A stretch of DNA of 64,000 nt, taken from positions 22,612-86,611 of the forward strand of contig JAUYBY010000023.1 in the NCBI GenBank assembly GCA_030692925.1, in the 5' to 3' direction. Position 1 is the stretch's first letter; each line of letters starts with the position of its first letter. The translations under genes were made by a program, and so were the position numbers. Source of the DNA: Candidatus Zixiibacteriota bacterium. GTDB lineage: Bacteria; Zixibacteria; MSB-5A5; RBG-16-43-9. Shown here piece by piece: positions 20,008-29,096 of the stretch. The notes under the pieces were generated by a model that saw only the letters and a program-made list of their open reading frames with translations, was not told the origin of the DNA and ran no database searches.

Positions 20008-20035
20008 ATTATAGAAATTATCGAAGGTTTGTCAA
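20008..20035 (-). promoter_or_regulatory. Minus-strand promoter TTGACA-16-TATAAT for the 19985 gene
   Basis: Reverse complement reads cccTTGACAaaccttcgataatttcTATAATaaacagagattagaggacttttATG. Confidence 0.55.
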
Positions 20036-20334
20036 GGGAAATTAACAGATTTTTGGAAAAAATGCTTCTTCACCAGACCATTGACCAAAATGAATTTTGA
20101 CCACGAAAACCTTTCTTTTCTGACCTTTTACTGACTTATTTGTTTTCATATATCAAACCGCAAATAATGTTCCCGATATTAACTCCTTGAAAATCAAATA
20201 ATTAACTTCAGAGAATTTCTTAAAACTTGTATGGCGTTTGAACAAATCTCAAAATATTATCCTTTTTAATGAAAATTCTAGAGTTTGTTACTTCAAAATC
20301 GATTTATACGATAGAAAAAAAGTCAAACATCGGC

Positions 20335-21144
20335 TTAAGTTTTTTTGGTAGAAATCCTCTGGTAGAAATTCCAGAGCTTGAAGTAATTATTAGGTCCTAA
20401 AATAGTCTTGAGAAAACTTAGGAAATTGTCCCTTAGTTTTTTTTTCAGATAGAGCTTTTTATGCTGATTCACTATGGAGACAAAATAAGAGAATGAGTCA
20501 CCAAATCGAAAAGAAATTCTCTTAAGCTCAAGAAGGTTAGTATAAATGTCATTCAAACCAAATCTGGAAGTGCAGATTCCTTTGTAGCCAAGCTCCCTGG
20601 CGATCTCTTTTACCTTTGGACTGTGATATCCACCAGGCAGACTCAAAAGATCGATTTTCTTCACGGTGATTTCCTCCAGCATTTTTTTTGATTCCTGAAG
20701 CTCCAGCTTCAATTCATTCTCATTCAGAGTCGACAGAAATTGATGAGTTTTGCCGTGCGTGCCGAACTCCATTCCTTCCTGGCTCATCCTGAGAATCTGA
20801 GATTTACTCAGATGACCGGGTTTCTCAATAAAATCGCTGGTCAAAAAGAAGATTGCTTTGTAGTCGAATTTGTTAAGCAGGGGAAAAGCTATGGTATAAT
20901 CGGTCTGGTTTCCGTCATCGAAGGAGATTATCAAATTCTTTTCCGGGAGAGAGGATTTATTCTTAGACGATTCCAATAACTGGCTCACTGAAATGGTGCT
21001 CCATCCACTGGAATGAAGATACTCTAATTGTTTTGCGAATTCTTCCTCCTTTAGAAGATAAACCTTATCTTCTGGGCTGTACTTTGACAGGTCATCTTCC
21101 TTAGATAAGATTCCGTGATAAAGAAGGATTAGCATTTTGTTCAA
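20335..21144 (-). CDS. Polysaccharide deacetylase (NodB-homology, PgaB/IcaB-like)
   Basis: FDDGNQTDY, THGKTHQFL and LLYHGI motifs; TTG or ATG start. Confidence 0.85.
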   Translation of the reverse strand: MNKMLILLYHGILSKEDDLSKYSPEDKVYLLKEEEFAKQLEYLHSSGWSTISVSQLLESSKNKSSLPEKNLIISFDDGNQTDYTIAFPLLNKFDYKAIFFLTSDFIEKPGHLSKSQILRMSQEGMEFGTHGKTHQFLSTLNENELKLELQESKKMLEEITVKKIDLLSLPGGYHSPKVKEIARELGYKGICTSRFGLNDIYTNLLELKRISFRFGDSFSYFVSIVNQHKKLYLKKKLRDNFLSFLKTILGPNNYFKLWNFYQRISTKKT

Positions 21145-21169
21145 GACTCTCCTCTTTACTAAAACTTTT

Positions 21170-21232
21170 GTGCGTGCCAGATCCCCTGACCTGGCATGCT
21201 TCCGGTCGGGTCAGGGGACCCGACCACCACAT
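21170..21232. repeat. About 65-bp double-hairpin element C (GCCAGATCCCCTGACCTGG...CGGGTCAGGGGACCCGACCACCACA), copy 1
   Basis: A second copy (about 80% identical) is at 46912-46977. Both copies are flanked by diverged duplications of adjacent gene termini. Confidence 0.7.
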
Positions 21233-21322
21233 CAACCTTATCTTCAGAGTTTATCTTTGAAAGATTCTCTTCCCTGGATAAGAGACGGTGATAAAGAAGA
21301 ATCAAGGTTTTGTTCAAATTTT

Positions 21323-22471
21323 TTACCTCTTGGATGGCTCCCAGATTATTTCTCTTTTTCCTGAGATAAATTTAACCCAGGCAAAAAGCAGGGCAAAGTT
21401 GATCAGATAAAAATAAAATATCGACTCGAAATAAGAAAAAATTCCTGCTGATTTTTTGTTATTCAAAAAAAGCCAGTGAATCAGAGCAATCAGAACAGTC
21501 AAAAGCTCAAATAGAAAAGTGAGTCTGAAAATCAGATGAGTGTGCAGCAGAAAAATACTGGTCAGGAACAAAAGCAAGAGCAAGAAAGGGGTAAGCCATC
21601 TCAACAGTTTATGGCTCAAAAGCTCCAGGCTGAAAATACCATACTTAAAGGGATTCAATAAAGAAAGCTCCGAGAAAAAGACCTCCAAGCCTCCTAAGGT
21701 GGTTCTTCGTCTTCTCCGGAACTCCTCTTTGAAATCAGTGACTTTAGTGACAAAGGCAGTTGCCTCAGGCTCTGAGACCACCCTTTTTCTTTTTTTCACA
21801 ACCTGAAGCGGAAGATAAAAATCGTCTATAAGATCGTTCGGTATCTCGTTTACAAGCTCTCTTCTGATGGCATAAAGGCACCCACTCACCCCGGTCAGGT
21901 TTCCGCTTTGACTTTCCAGCCTTCTTAATTTCATCTCCAGGCCAACATAAAGCCCTTCCCCGGATTCAGACTTTTCTGAAAAAGCAGAGATGCTCCGGTC
22001 TTCTCCGCTTACGCAGCCCACATCCGGATCAGCGAAATTTCTGGCTATGTTTCTCAAAGAGTTTTCGCTCAAAAAGGTAGAGGCATCTGTGAAAAAGACC
22101 AGCTCGGTCTGAACATCTTTCAAAGCCAGATTTAAAGCCCTGGTCTTTCCTCCCCTTTTTCCCGGTCTGATAAGTTTGACTCCCTGGTTCACAAATGATT
22201 GTGCGATCTCTTCAGTTCTGTCTGTGGATGAGTCAGAGATGACTATTATCCTTAATTTTTCCTGAGGATAATTAAGCCTGAGGCAATTCTCCAGCTTACC
22301 TCTGATCACCTTCTCACCATTATATACCGGGATAAGAAGAGTAGCTCCAGGAAGGTATTCTCCCTTTTGAACTGGGTTGGATCTGAGAAAAGATATGATT
22401 TTCAGGAGAAGAAAATATCCCGAATAGGTATAAAACAGCAGAAATAGTAAAATGATGAAAAAAATAATCAT
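21323..22471 (-). CDS. Family-2 glycosyltransferase, membrane-integrated (PgaC/NodC-like)
   Basis: N-terminal TM, GT-A motifs (VISDSSTDRT, FFTDAS), C-terminal TM helices with LRW motif. Confidence 0.8.
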   Translation of the reverse strand: MIIFFIILLFLLFYTYSGYFLLLKIISFLRSNPVQKGEYLPGATLLIPVYNGEKVIRGKLENCLRLNYPQEKLRIIVISDSSTDRTEEIAQSFVNQGVKLIRPGKRGGKTRALNLALKDVQTELVFFTDASTFLSENSLRNIARNFADPDVGCVSGEDRSISAFSEKSESGEGLYVGLEMKLRRLESQSGNLTGVSGCLYAIRRELVNEIPNDLIDDFYLPLQVVKKRKRVVSEPEATAFVTKVTDFKEEFRRRRRTTLGGLEVFFSELSLLNPFKYGIFSLELLSHKLLRWLTPFLLLLLFLTSIFLLHTHLIFRLTFLFELLTVLIALIHWLFLNNKKSAGIFSYFESIFYFYLINFALLFAWVKFISGKREIIWEPSKR

Positions 22472-23334
22472 CTCAGTATCTGAGAATAAAGCTCCTCGTA
22501 GTTTTTTACCATCGATTCCTTGGAGAATTTCTCCATAACCCTTTTCCTGCCCTCCTCTCCCATCTTTTTTCTTAACTTTTCATCTTTTAGAAGCTGTATT
22601 ATAGTCTCTGCCAACTTCTCCGGCTCGGCAGAAGGGACGAGAAAGCCAGTTTTACCTTCCAGAACCAGCTCCGGATTTCCGCCCACCCTGGTGGCAATTA
22701 CCGGCTTGCCAGAAGCCATCGCTTCCAAGATCGAGATAGAACAACCTTCCAGACGGGAGGATAAGATGAAGACATCCATAAGGTTTAAAAGAGAAGGGAT
22801 GTCATCCCGATGTCCTAAGAGCAAGACCTTGTCCTCCAGTTCCAGTTCAGCCCTGAGTTTAAGCAAATTAGTCTTAAGTTCACCCTCTCCGATTATCAAG
22901 AGCTTAGCCTGAGGAAAAAAAGGGGAGACCTTAGAAAAAGATAGAATCAGAGTGTAATGGTCTTTAACTTCTCTCAGGTTACCTACATTTCCCAGTATAA
23001 GATCTTCCTTTAAGAGGTTTAACTCTTTTCTGAGCTTCTCCTGGTCAAACTTTTTTTCGAATTTGCTGGTGTCGATCCCGTTATAAATAAGCTTGATTTT
23101 TTGAGGGAGCAGTTTCAAGTCTTCTTTAAGCAGATTCTGTATATCTTTGGAGACTGCCACGATCTTCTGGACGTGGCTGATCAGAACCTTATAAGAAAGC
23201 CTCCTGGTCCACTTCCCGAAGATATAATAACGGTTGTGAACTGTGGCGAGCATCGGCATAAAGATAGCCTGAGGTGAACCTGTTAGGTAGAGTTCGGGAG
23301 GCATCATAAACCCAGATATCTGCTGCTGGAACAC
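22468..23334 (-). CDS. Family-1 (GT4) glycosyltransferase lacking about 100 aa of the N-terminal domain
   Basis: C-terminal GT-B domain with EGCSISILEAMASGKPVIAT. The N-terminal Rossmann half is incomplete, and the gene overlaps the upstream ORF by 146 nt. Confidence 0.65.
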   Translation of the reverse strand: MFQQQISGFMMPPELYLTGSPQAIFMPMLATVHNRYYIFGKWTRRLSYKVLISHVQKIVAVSKDIQNLLKEDLKLLPQKIKLIYNGIDTSKFEKKFDQEKLRKELNLLKEDLILGNVGNLREVKDHYTLILSFSKVSPFFPQAKLLIIGEGELKTNLLKLRAELELEDKVLLLGHRDDIPSLLNLMDVFILSSRLEGCSISILEAMASGKPVIATRVGGNPELVLEGKTGFLVPSAEPEKLAETIIQLLKDEKLRKKMGEEGRKRVMEKFSKESMVKNYEELYSQILR

Positions 23335-23749
23335 CTATCCTGACCAGCCCTGAGATAATGGAATTTATCGGCTCGATAATCGAATCGATCAAATTGCCTG
23401 AAGGATAATAAGTTTCAGTGCAATTGAAATTGACCCGGATGGCGATTTTGTCCCCGGAGTTGTAAGAGCTCATTATCCTCTGCCAGGCAGAAACTGCATC
23501 CGAAAGTCCGGTAAGCTCACACACTCCTCTATCCGCCATCGTGTCCACTAAATTCTGGTTGACATAATCACCATAATAGCCGCTGGCAAAATCCCAGTTG
23601 GTGGCGTTCGGGTTATGAATCTGGACCACCCGGGTCGCGGGTATATTCTTAATCAAGCTTTTTGACTCTCCTTTCAGAGCTTCAGGTAAAAAGATTATCC
23701 CTCCTCCCATGCCTAATCCGATATTTTTGAGAAAATCTCTTCTGCGCAT
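23189..23749 (-). CDS. Hypothetical Tat-signal protein whose 3' end overlaps the GT1 gene
   Basis: MRRRDFLKNIGLG twin-arginine motif; the C-terminal 25 aa look like read-through noise. Confidence 0.4.
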   Translation of the reverse strand: MRRRDFLKNIGLGMGGGIIFLPEALKGESKSLIKNIPATRVVQIHNPNATNWDFASGYYGDYVNQNLVDTMADRGVCELTGLSDAVSAWQRIMSSYNSGDKIAIRVNFNCTETYYPSGNLIDSIIEPINSIISGLVRIGVPAADIWVYDASRTLPNRFTSGYLYADARHSSQPLLYLREVDQEAFL

Positions 23750-23870
23750 ATTTTCCTCCGAATATTCGATTATTTACAATATAAACGGAAAGGGTTAAAA
23801 TCCAAAGAATTTTAATCCCCTTATCTTTTAAACGTAACTTTAGCGAAATTTTATTTGAGCCCCGAAATTA

Positions 23871-24806
23871 TCAGGAGTTCAATCCAGCATACCAGTCCAG
23901 GGTTATCTTCAAGCCTTCTTCAAATCCGGTTTTTACCTGGTAGTCCAAAAGCTTTTTGGCTTTGTTGATATCACCCAACGAGTGCCGGACATCTCCCGGC
24001 TTAGGATCGGAATAGACCGGCTCAACTTTCTTCCCGCTCAAGCGCACCAGGTTGTTCCAGAGCTGGTTTAAAGTGTGTCTCTGGTTGCAGGCGATATTGA
24101 TGCTTTCCCCGGCAACAGAAGAGGCTTTACAGGCGCTCAGGTTGGCATCCACTACATTTTCCACATAGGTAAAATCCCTGGATTGCTCACCATCCCCGAA
24201 GATACTGGGCTTATTTGCTTTCAAAAGAGCCATTATAAACCTGGGGATTACCCCGGCATATTCTGAGTTCGGGTTCTGCCTTGGACCAAACACGTTAAAA
24301 TACCTTAAAGAAACAGTTTCCAGTCCATAAACCTTGTAGAATACCTGACAGTATTCCTCTCCGGCCAATTTGCTGATAGCGTAGGGAGAGATCGGGTTCG
24401 GGCACATAGTTTCGACTTTAGGCAAAGTGGGGGTATCTCCATAAACTGAAGAAGAAGAAGCATAGATAAATCTTTTTACCTGGTGGATTTTGGCAGCTTC
24501 CAGAAGGTTTAAGGTCCCGTTTATATTGACCTCATTGGTAGTCAAAGGGTTTTTTATAGATCTCTGAACTGAGGTCAGGGCTGCCTGATGCAGGATGAAG
24601 TCAACCCCTTCTACTGTTTTGATGACTGTCCAGAAATCTCTGATGTCTCCTTCCACCAGCTCGATCTTATCCAGGAGATTTTTTAGATTTTCCCTTCTGC
24701 CAGAGGAGAAATTATCCAATACCCTGACTTTTTCTCCTGCCTGGACTAATTTCTCAACTATATGGGAGCCGATAAAACCAGCTCCACCAGTGACTAAATA
24801 TAACAT
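23871..24806 (-). CDS. NAD-dependent UDP-sugar 4-epimerase (WbpP/Gne-like SDR)
   Basis: GGAGFIGSH, YASSSSVYG and YAISK catalytic motifs. Confidence 0.85.
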   Translation of the reverse strand: MLYLVTGGAGFIGSHIVEKLVQAGEKVRVLDNFSSGRRENLKNLLDKIELVEGDIRDFWTVIKTVEGVDFILHQAALTSVQRSIKNPLTTNEVNINGTLNLLEAAKIHQVKRFIYASSSSVYGDTPTLPKVETMCPNPISPYAISKLAGEEYCQVFYKVYGLETVSLRYFNVFGPRQNPNSEYAGVIPRFIMALLKANKPSIFGDGEQSRDFTYVENVVDANLSACKASSVAGESINIACNQRHTLNQLWNNLVRLSGKKVEPVYSDPKPGDVRHSLGDINKAKKLLDYQVKTGFEEGLKITLDWYAGLNS

Positions 24807-24807
24807 A

Positions 24808-25803
24808 TCAATTCAGGTTAAGTTTCTTCTTAACCAGCTCCACTGTGTTCTGGTCTTCTGCCTGTTCTAACCTTTTTAAAGCCTCATCTCTTTCGAGATA
24901 ACCTTCCCTTACCAGTTTGGCTAACTCGAAGGCATAGGGATGGAAACCGAACCTTTGCTTATGCACCAAATTAGCAAACGAGTTCAAAAGGCAGTTAGTC
25001 GAGTTCGAGTCGGTATCAACTGGCATATTCCAGCCGAGCTTTTCGATCTTTTTGAATATTTTCTTCTCATCGTATTCCAGAAAAGCTAAAGGGCTGATAT
25101 TATAAGGAAAATCCTCTTTTTGCTCGAAATGTTTCTCCTCTAAAAAATAAGGATTGATCTTTTCACCGGCGATCCTGAAAAGCGGCTCTTTGATGGCATT
25201 CTGCATCCCCTTCAGCATTGAGGGGTTGTTCTTGAAAATGGAGGCGGATATCGGTGCCTGACCCGGTGACCAGCCATAGGTTATAAAAGGTATCTTCTTT
25301 TCTAAAGCCAGTCGCAAAGTGGTGGATTTGACAATCCCCATACAGGAAGTGCAGATGGTGCTTGCCCGGTCTAAGGTTTTGCGGGAGAAGATATCTTCTT
25401 GGGTGCCGGTCAAAAATATTTTCTTTAAAAGGGTGAAATCCGGCTTGAAAAATATATGGTCTACTCCTAAATTTTCCACAACTTGACGGATATTCTTAAA
25501 AGCCTGTTCTGATAAAAAACCGTTGTCAAAGGTCAAAGCTAAGATTTTAAGGTCATATTCTTCTTTCAAGAGACTGAGGGCATAAGTGCTGTCTTTTCCC
25601 CCGGAATAAGCCATCAAAGCATCGTAGGAACTGGAGTTTTTGAATCTATCCAGAAGCTCCTGGAACTTCTGCAGGTATTTTACCTTCTCCTTTTCCAGAT
25701 ATTCTTTTCCCTTGAACTCCTGGCAGAAATTACACACCCCTTTTGAATCAAAACTTATGCCAGGAAAGGTCTCTGGTAGCACGCAGTTGGTACAGATTTT
25801 CAT
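24808..25803 (-). CDS. N-acetyl sugar amidotransferase (PP-loop ATPase of LPS/O-antigen clusters, WbuX-like)
   Basis: N-terminal CxxC...CxxC ribbon, SGGKDS PP-loop; 331 aa. Confidence 0.7.
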   Translation of the reverse strand: MKICTNCVLPETFPGISFDSKGVCNFCQEFKGKEYLEKEKVKYLQKFQELLDRFKNSSSYDALMAYSGGKDSTYALSLLKEEYDLKILALTFDNGFLSEQAFKNIRQVVENLGVDHIFFKPDFTLLKKIFLTGTQEDIFSRKTLDRASTICTSCMGIVKSTTLRLALEKKIPFITYGWSPGQAPISASIFKNNPSMLKGMQNAIKEPLFRIAGEKINPYFLEEKHFEQKEDFPYNISPLAFLEYDEKKIFKKIEKLGWNMPVDTDSNSTNCLLNSFANLVHKQRFGFHPYAFELAKLVREGYLERDEALKRLEQAEDQNTVELVKKKLNLN

Positions 25804-25804
25804 A

Positions 25805-26520
25805 GGTGTTTTTCAGTAGTCGCCCAATTCATTGAGCTTTTTTTATGCCTGATAAATCAGGCAACTACATACTCGATAGATCGAGCAACTACAGTTACAT
25901 ATTGTAGTTGCCCAATTCATTGGGCAATATTTTCTTCCAAACAATCCATAGACTATGATTCATAAAACTGACTGAATTTTATCTTCTCTTTCAACGGATT
26001 ATTTATAATATATTCCCTGATTTTAAGCAACGCTTTCTCGTTTCGAATTACATGTTCATAATAATTAGGTTGCCATAATCTTATTCCGGCTTCTTTACTG
26101 GTCAAAGACTTGAATCTTCTTACTATCTCGCCTAAACCGAGTTTAGATTCCTGCAATATAATAATCATATGTATATGTAAAGGTAATATAGAATAATAAT
26201 CAATATTAATGCCCTCGATTCCTTTTAACTCGTCTAAGGCAGTGCGAATTTCCCTGCTGAACTCTTCTAAATAAGGGCGTTGATAACTTGAACAAATGGT
26301 AACAAAATAGTAACCGTTTTGAGAGTAATCATAATGTTTTAATCTTATATTTTTTATCGACCTCATGATTTAACCCTTGCGGTATCCTACTTGTTGTGCT
26401 TTTTGCTCGATGAATCGAGCAACTACAGTCACATATTGTAGTTGCCCAATTCATTGGGCATCTTTTATACCTGATAAATCAGGCAACTACAGGCTCGATG
26501 AATCGAGCAACTACAATTCC
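25805..26520. mobile_element. RAYT (REP-associated tyrosine transposase) locus: IS200/IS605-like Y1 transposase gene flanked on both sides by REP arrays
   Basis: REP units on both flanks share CAACTACA-gtYacatat-TGTAGTTG inverted heads: left flank 25821-25926, right flank 26405-26515. Confidence 0.75.
25953..26366 (-). CDS. tnpA: IS200/IS605-family Y1 (HuH) transposase, RAYT type
   Basis: HuH motif LHIHMII and the C-terminal LWQPNYYEHVIRNE motif (catalytic Tyr); 137 aa. Confidence 0.8.
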   Translation of the reverse strand: MRSIKNIRLKHYDYSQNGYYFVTICSSYQRPYLEEFSREIRTALDELKGIEGINIDYYSILPLHIHMIIILQESKLGLGEIVRRFKSLTSKEAGIRLWQPNYYEHVIRNEKALLKIREYIINNPLKEKIKFSQFYES

Positions 26521-27486
26521 TCAGAGGAGATTCGGAGCGTTCTGGTTCAGATGAATCGAGGCTTTCCTTTTCTGGTCAAAATCCCGATAGGCTCTTATTA
26601 TCTGTTCCTCTGAAAGGTTTAATACCTGACTTACCTTTGAAAGAGGGATTTTGTTCTCCTGAGCATACAAGAGTAAGTCCAACAGGTCATAAGGCATACA
26701 GAAGAAAAACTCCTGATCTGATACTACTGCAGAGAAGGTGTCCGGGCTGGGAACTCGCTTGATTATCTCCTCCGGGATGTCCAGAAATTTAGCTAGCTGG
26801 TATACCTGAGTCTTATAAAGATGAGCAATCGGCTCCAGATCAACTCCTCCATCCCCAAATTTCACGTAAAAACCCTGAGCATATTCACTTAAATTAGTGG
26901 TGCCGATGACCATATAGTTATATTTTTCAGCATAATAATAAAGCTGGATCATCCGGCTTCTCTGTTTCATATCCGTTGCTGCCACAATCCCCAAAAGCCC
27001 TTCTTTGGAAAGGCGAAAACTTTTCTCCTCTCCTTTGGGACTGATCATCTTCAAGCTGAAATAATTAATCCGGTCCCTTTCTAATAAGTCCTGGGGAAGC
27101 CCAATTTTTATTTTATAGGAACTGTCATAAGCGGGGGAAATCTTTTTAATTACCTCGTCTCTCTTTTTATAACATCCCAGACTTTCCATGGCTTGGGTCA
27201 GGTCGACTTTTTCGGTTCTTATGCCCAGTTTCTTAGCTAAAAGCTCTCCATAGGTTAAGCTTATCGGATTCGATTCTTTTTCCGGCAAAAAGACACCTAA
27301 AACCTTATCCTTGCCCAAAGCCCTGACCGATAAAGCAGCAGTTAGAGCTGAGTCTATGCCTCCGCTTATTCCCACCACCGCACCCTCTCTTCTGAAATGC
27401 GTAAAAACCTGTTCTTTTATGAATTCACAAATCCTTTCGCATTCTTTCTCAGAATTTATATCCAGGATATTTTTGTGAAAGTCCAT
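26521..27486 (-). CDS. nadE: NH3-dependent NAD+ synthetase NadE
   Basis: PP-loop GISGGIDSAL, and VIGTTNLSEYAQGFYVKFGDGGVDLEPIAHLYKTQVYQLAKFL matches the NadE core. Confidence 0.75.
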   Translation of the reverse strand: MDFHKNILDINSEKECERICEFIKEQVFTHFRREGAVVGISGGIDSALTAALSVRALGKDKVLGVFLPEKESNPISLTYGELLAKKLGIRTEKVDLTQAMESLGCYKKRDEVIKKISPAYDSSYKIKIGLPQDLLERDRINYFSLKMISPKGEEKSFRLSKEGLLGIVAATDMKQRSRMIQLYYYAEKYNYMVIGTTNLSEYAQGFYVKFGDGGVDLEPIAHLYKTQVYQLAKFLDIPEEIIKRVPSPDTFSAVVSDQEFFFCMPYDLLDLLLYAQENKIPLSKVSQVLNLSEEQIIRAYRDFDQKRKASIHLNQNAPNLL

Positions 27487-27497
27487 TTTCTTCTCTC

Positions 27498-29066
27498 CTA
27501 TCCTACGGATCCGTTTTTCTCGGATTTTAAACCGACTTTTCTTATTTTCCCTGATTCGGTCTTGGGCAGGGTCTCAACTAATTCCAGGTATTTGGGTACC
27601 ATAAAGTCCTCTAAATTTTTTTGACAATACCTCAGAATGTCATTTTCCGAAAGGATTATTCCTTCTTTCAAAACCACAAAGGCTTTGATCGCTTGTCCTA
27701 AAATCTCATCTGGCACTCCCACGACTGCTGCTTCTAATACGCCTTCAAGATTATATAAAACATTCTCGATTTCCTTGGGGCTTACCTTTTCTCCCCGGCA
27801 TTTTATTATGTCATCTTTTCTTCCTACGAAATACAAAAATCCTTCTTCATCCATCCTGAATAAATCTCCAGTATATAAAACCCTTTCCCAAGGCAGGGGA
27901 CCCGGTTTTAAAACCTTGGCGGTTTCCTCTGGGAGTTCCCAGTAACCAAGCATCACGTTTGAGCCCCGGACAACAAGCTCCCCAACTTCTCCGGGTGAAA
28001 CTCTTTGTCCATCCTCATTAACTATATAAACTTCCTCATTTGGCATACCCTTTCCGATTGAGTTAGGCCTTCTGTCAAGCTCTTCTGGAGGAAGAAAGGA
28101 CACCCTTTTGCATTCGGTCAAACCGTACATTGAATACAATTTTGCTTTTGGAAAGGTCTCCCTGATTTTCTTTATGAAGGCAACAGGTAAAGCTGCAGCG
28201 GTGTTGGTGATATATCTTAAGGAATCGAAATTCTGTTTTTTCAAGTCTTCTAATTGAAGCAATATGGCGAAAATGGTGGGGACTCCTGGAAATCCGGTTA
28301 CCTTTTCCTTTAGCATCAGATCAACAATCACATAAGGATATAAGAAACTTTTTTCCAAAATTACTCTTCCGCCTATTTTGAAACCCATTAGAATTTGATA
28401 AAGCCCATAGTCAAAAGATAAAGGTAAGACGTTGAGGATGACATCATCACTGGTATTCTCCAGATATTGAGTAATAGAGTTTGACGCGGAGACCATATTC
28501 AGATGAGATAGCATCACCCCTTTGGGGTTTCCGGTCGTGCCGGATGTATAGATTATGCTTGCCAGGTCCAGATCGATATTTTTGTTCCGAAGTGGATTGT
28601 CAGGATAGGAGCCTAAAACCTTGTCAAAGTAAGAGACCCTTTTGTCAGGGAAGAACATTTTTACTTCAGATTCCTGCTTGCCTGCAAGTATGACAGACTT
28701 GACTGAGGGCGCTTTCTGCAAAACCTCCTGGATGAGATCCAGTTTATCAGAACCGGTGATTAAAGCTTTGACCCGGCAGTTATTTAAGATATAGGCAAGC
28801 TTATCTTTCTTAGTGGTCGGGTTGATAACCACGAAAACCGCATTTGCTTTTAAAATTCCGAAAATGGATAAAACCGCCTCGACTGAGTTCTCCAAGAAAA
28901 TCGCAACCCGGTCGCCCCTTTCCACTCCAGAATCTTTTAGGCCACTGGCTAACCTATTGGCAGAGCTATTGATCTGCTGATAGGTCAGCCTTTCGCCCTG
29001 ACAGACTAAGGCGATCTTGTCAGGAAATTTTTCAGCACTTTTTTCAAGGAAATGATTTAAAAGCAT
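27498..29066 (-). CDS. AMP-dependent synthetase/ligase (acyl- or aminoacyl-AMP ligase)
   Basis: YTSGTTGNPKGVMLSH (A3), TGD (A8) and GRxDD motifs. Confidence 0.85.
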   Translation of the reverse strand: MLLNHFLEKSAEKFPDKIALVCQGERLTYQQINSSANRLASGLKDSGVERGDRVAIFLENSVEAVLSIFGILKANAVFVVINPTTKKDKLAYILNNCRVKALITGSDKLDLIQEVLQKAPSVKSVILAGKQESEVKMFFPDKRVSYFDKVLGSYPDNPLRNKNIDLDLASIIYTSGTTGNPKGVMLSHLNMVSASNSITQYLENTSDDVILNVLPLSFDYGLYQILMGFKIGGRVILEKSFLYPYVIVDLMLKEKVTGFPGVPTIFAILLQLEDLKKQNFDSLRYITNTAAALPVAFIKKIRETFPKAKLYSMYGLTECKRVSFLPPEELDRRPNSIGKGMPNEEVYIVNEDGQRVSPGEVGELVVRGSNVMLGYWELPEETAKVLKPGPLPWERVLYTGDLFRMDEEGFLYFVGRKDDIIKCRGEKVSPKEIENVLYNLEGVLEAAVVGVPDEILGQAIKAFVVLKEGIILSENDILRYCQKNLEDFMVPKYLELVETLPKTESGKIRKVGLKSEKNGSVG

Positions 29067-29096
29067 AATGAAATCTTCTTTTCGGGATTAAATCTA

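Noticed and set aside
20082-20136. Four TGACC/TGACT direct repeats upstream of the 19985 promoter, which could be a response-regulator binding array
   Set aside because: Spacing is irregular (16, 23 and 11 nt) and the motif is only 5 bp. This is not distinguishable from chance in AT-rich DNA.
25805-26520. Arrays of about 22-bp repeats separated by short unique segments, which superficially resemble a CRISPR repeat-spacer array
   Set aside because: The units differ in sequence, are palindromic, occur in inverted orientation with irregular spacers of 1-20 nt, and flank a Y1 transposase. This is the REP/RAYT signature, not CRISPR. No cas genes are present.
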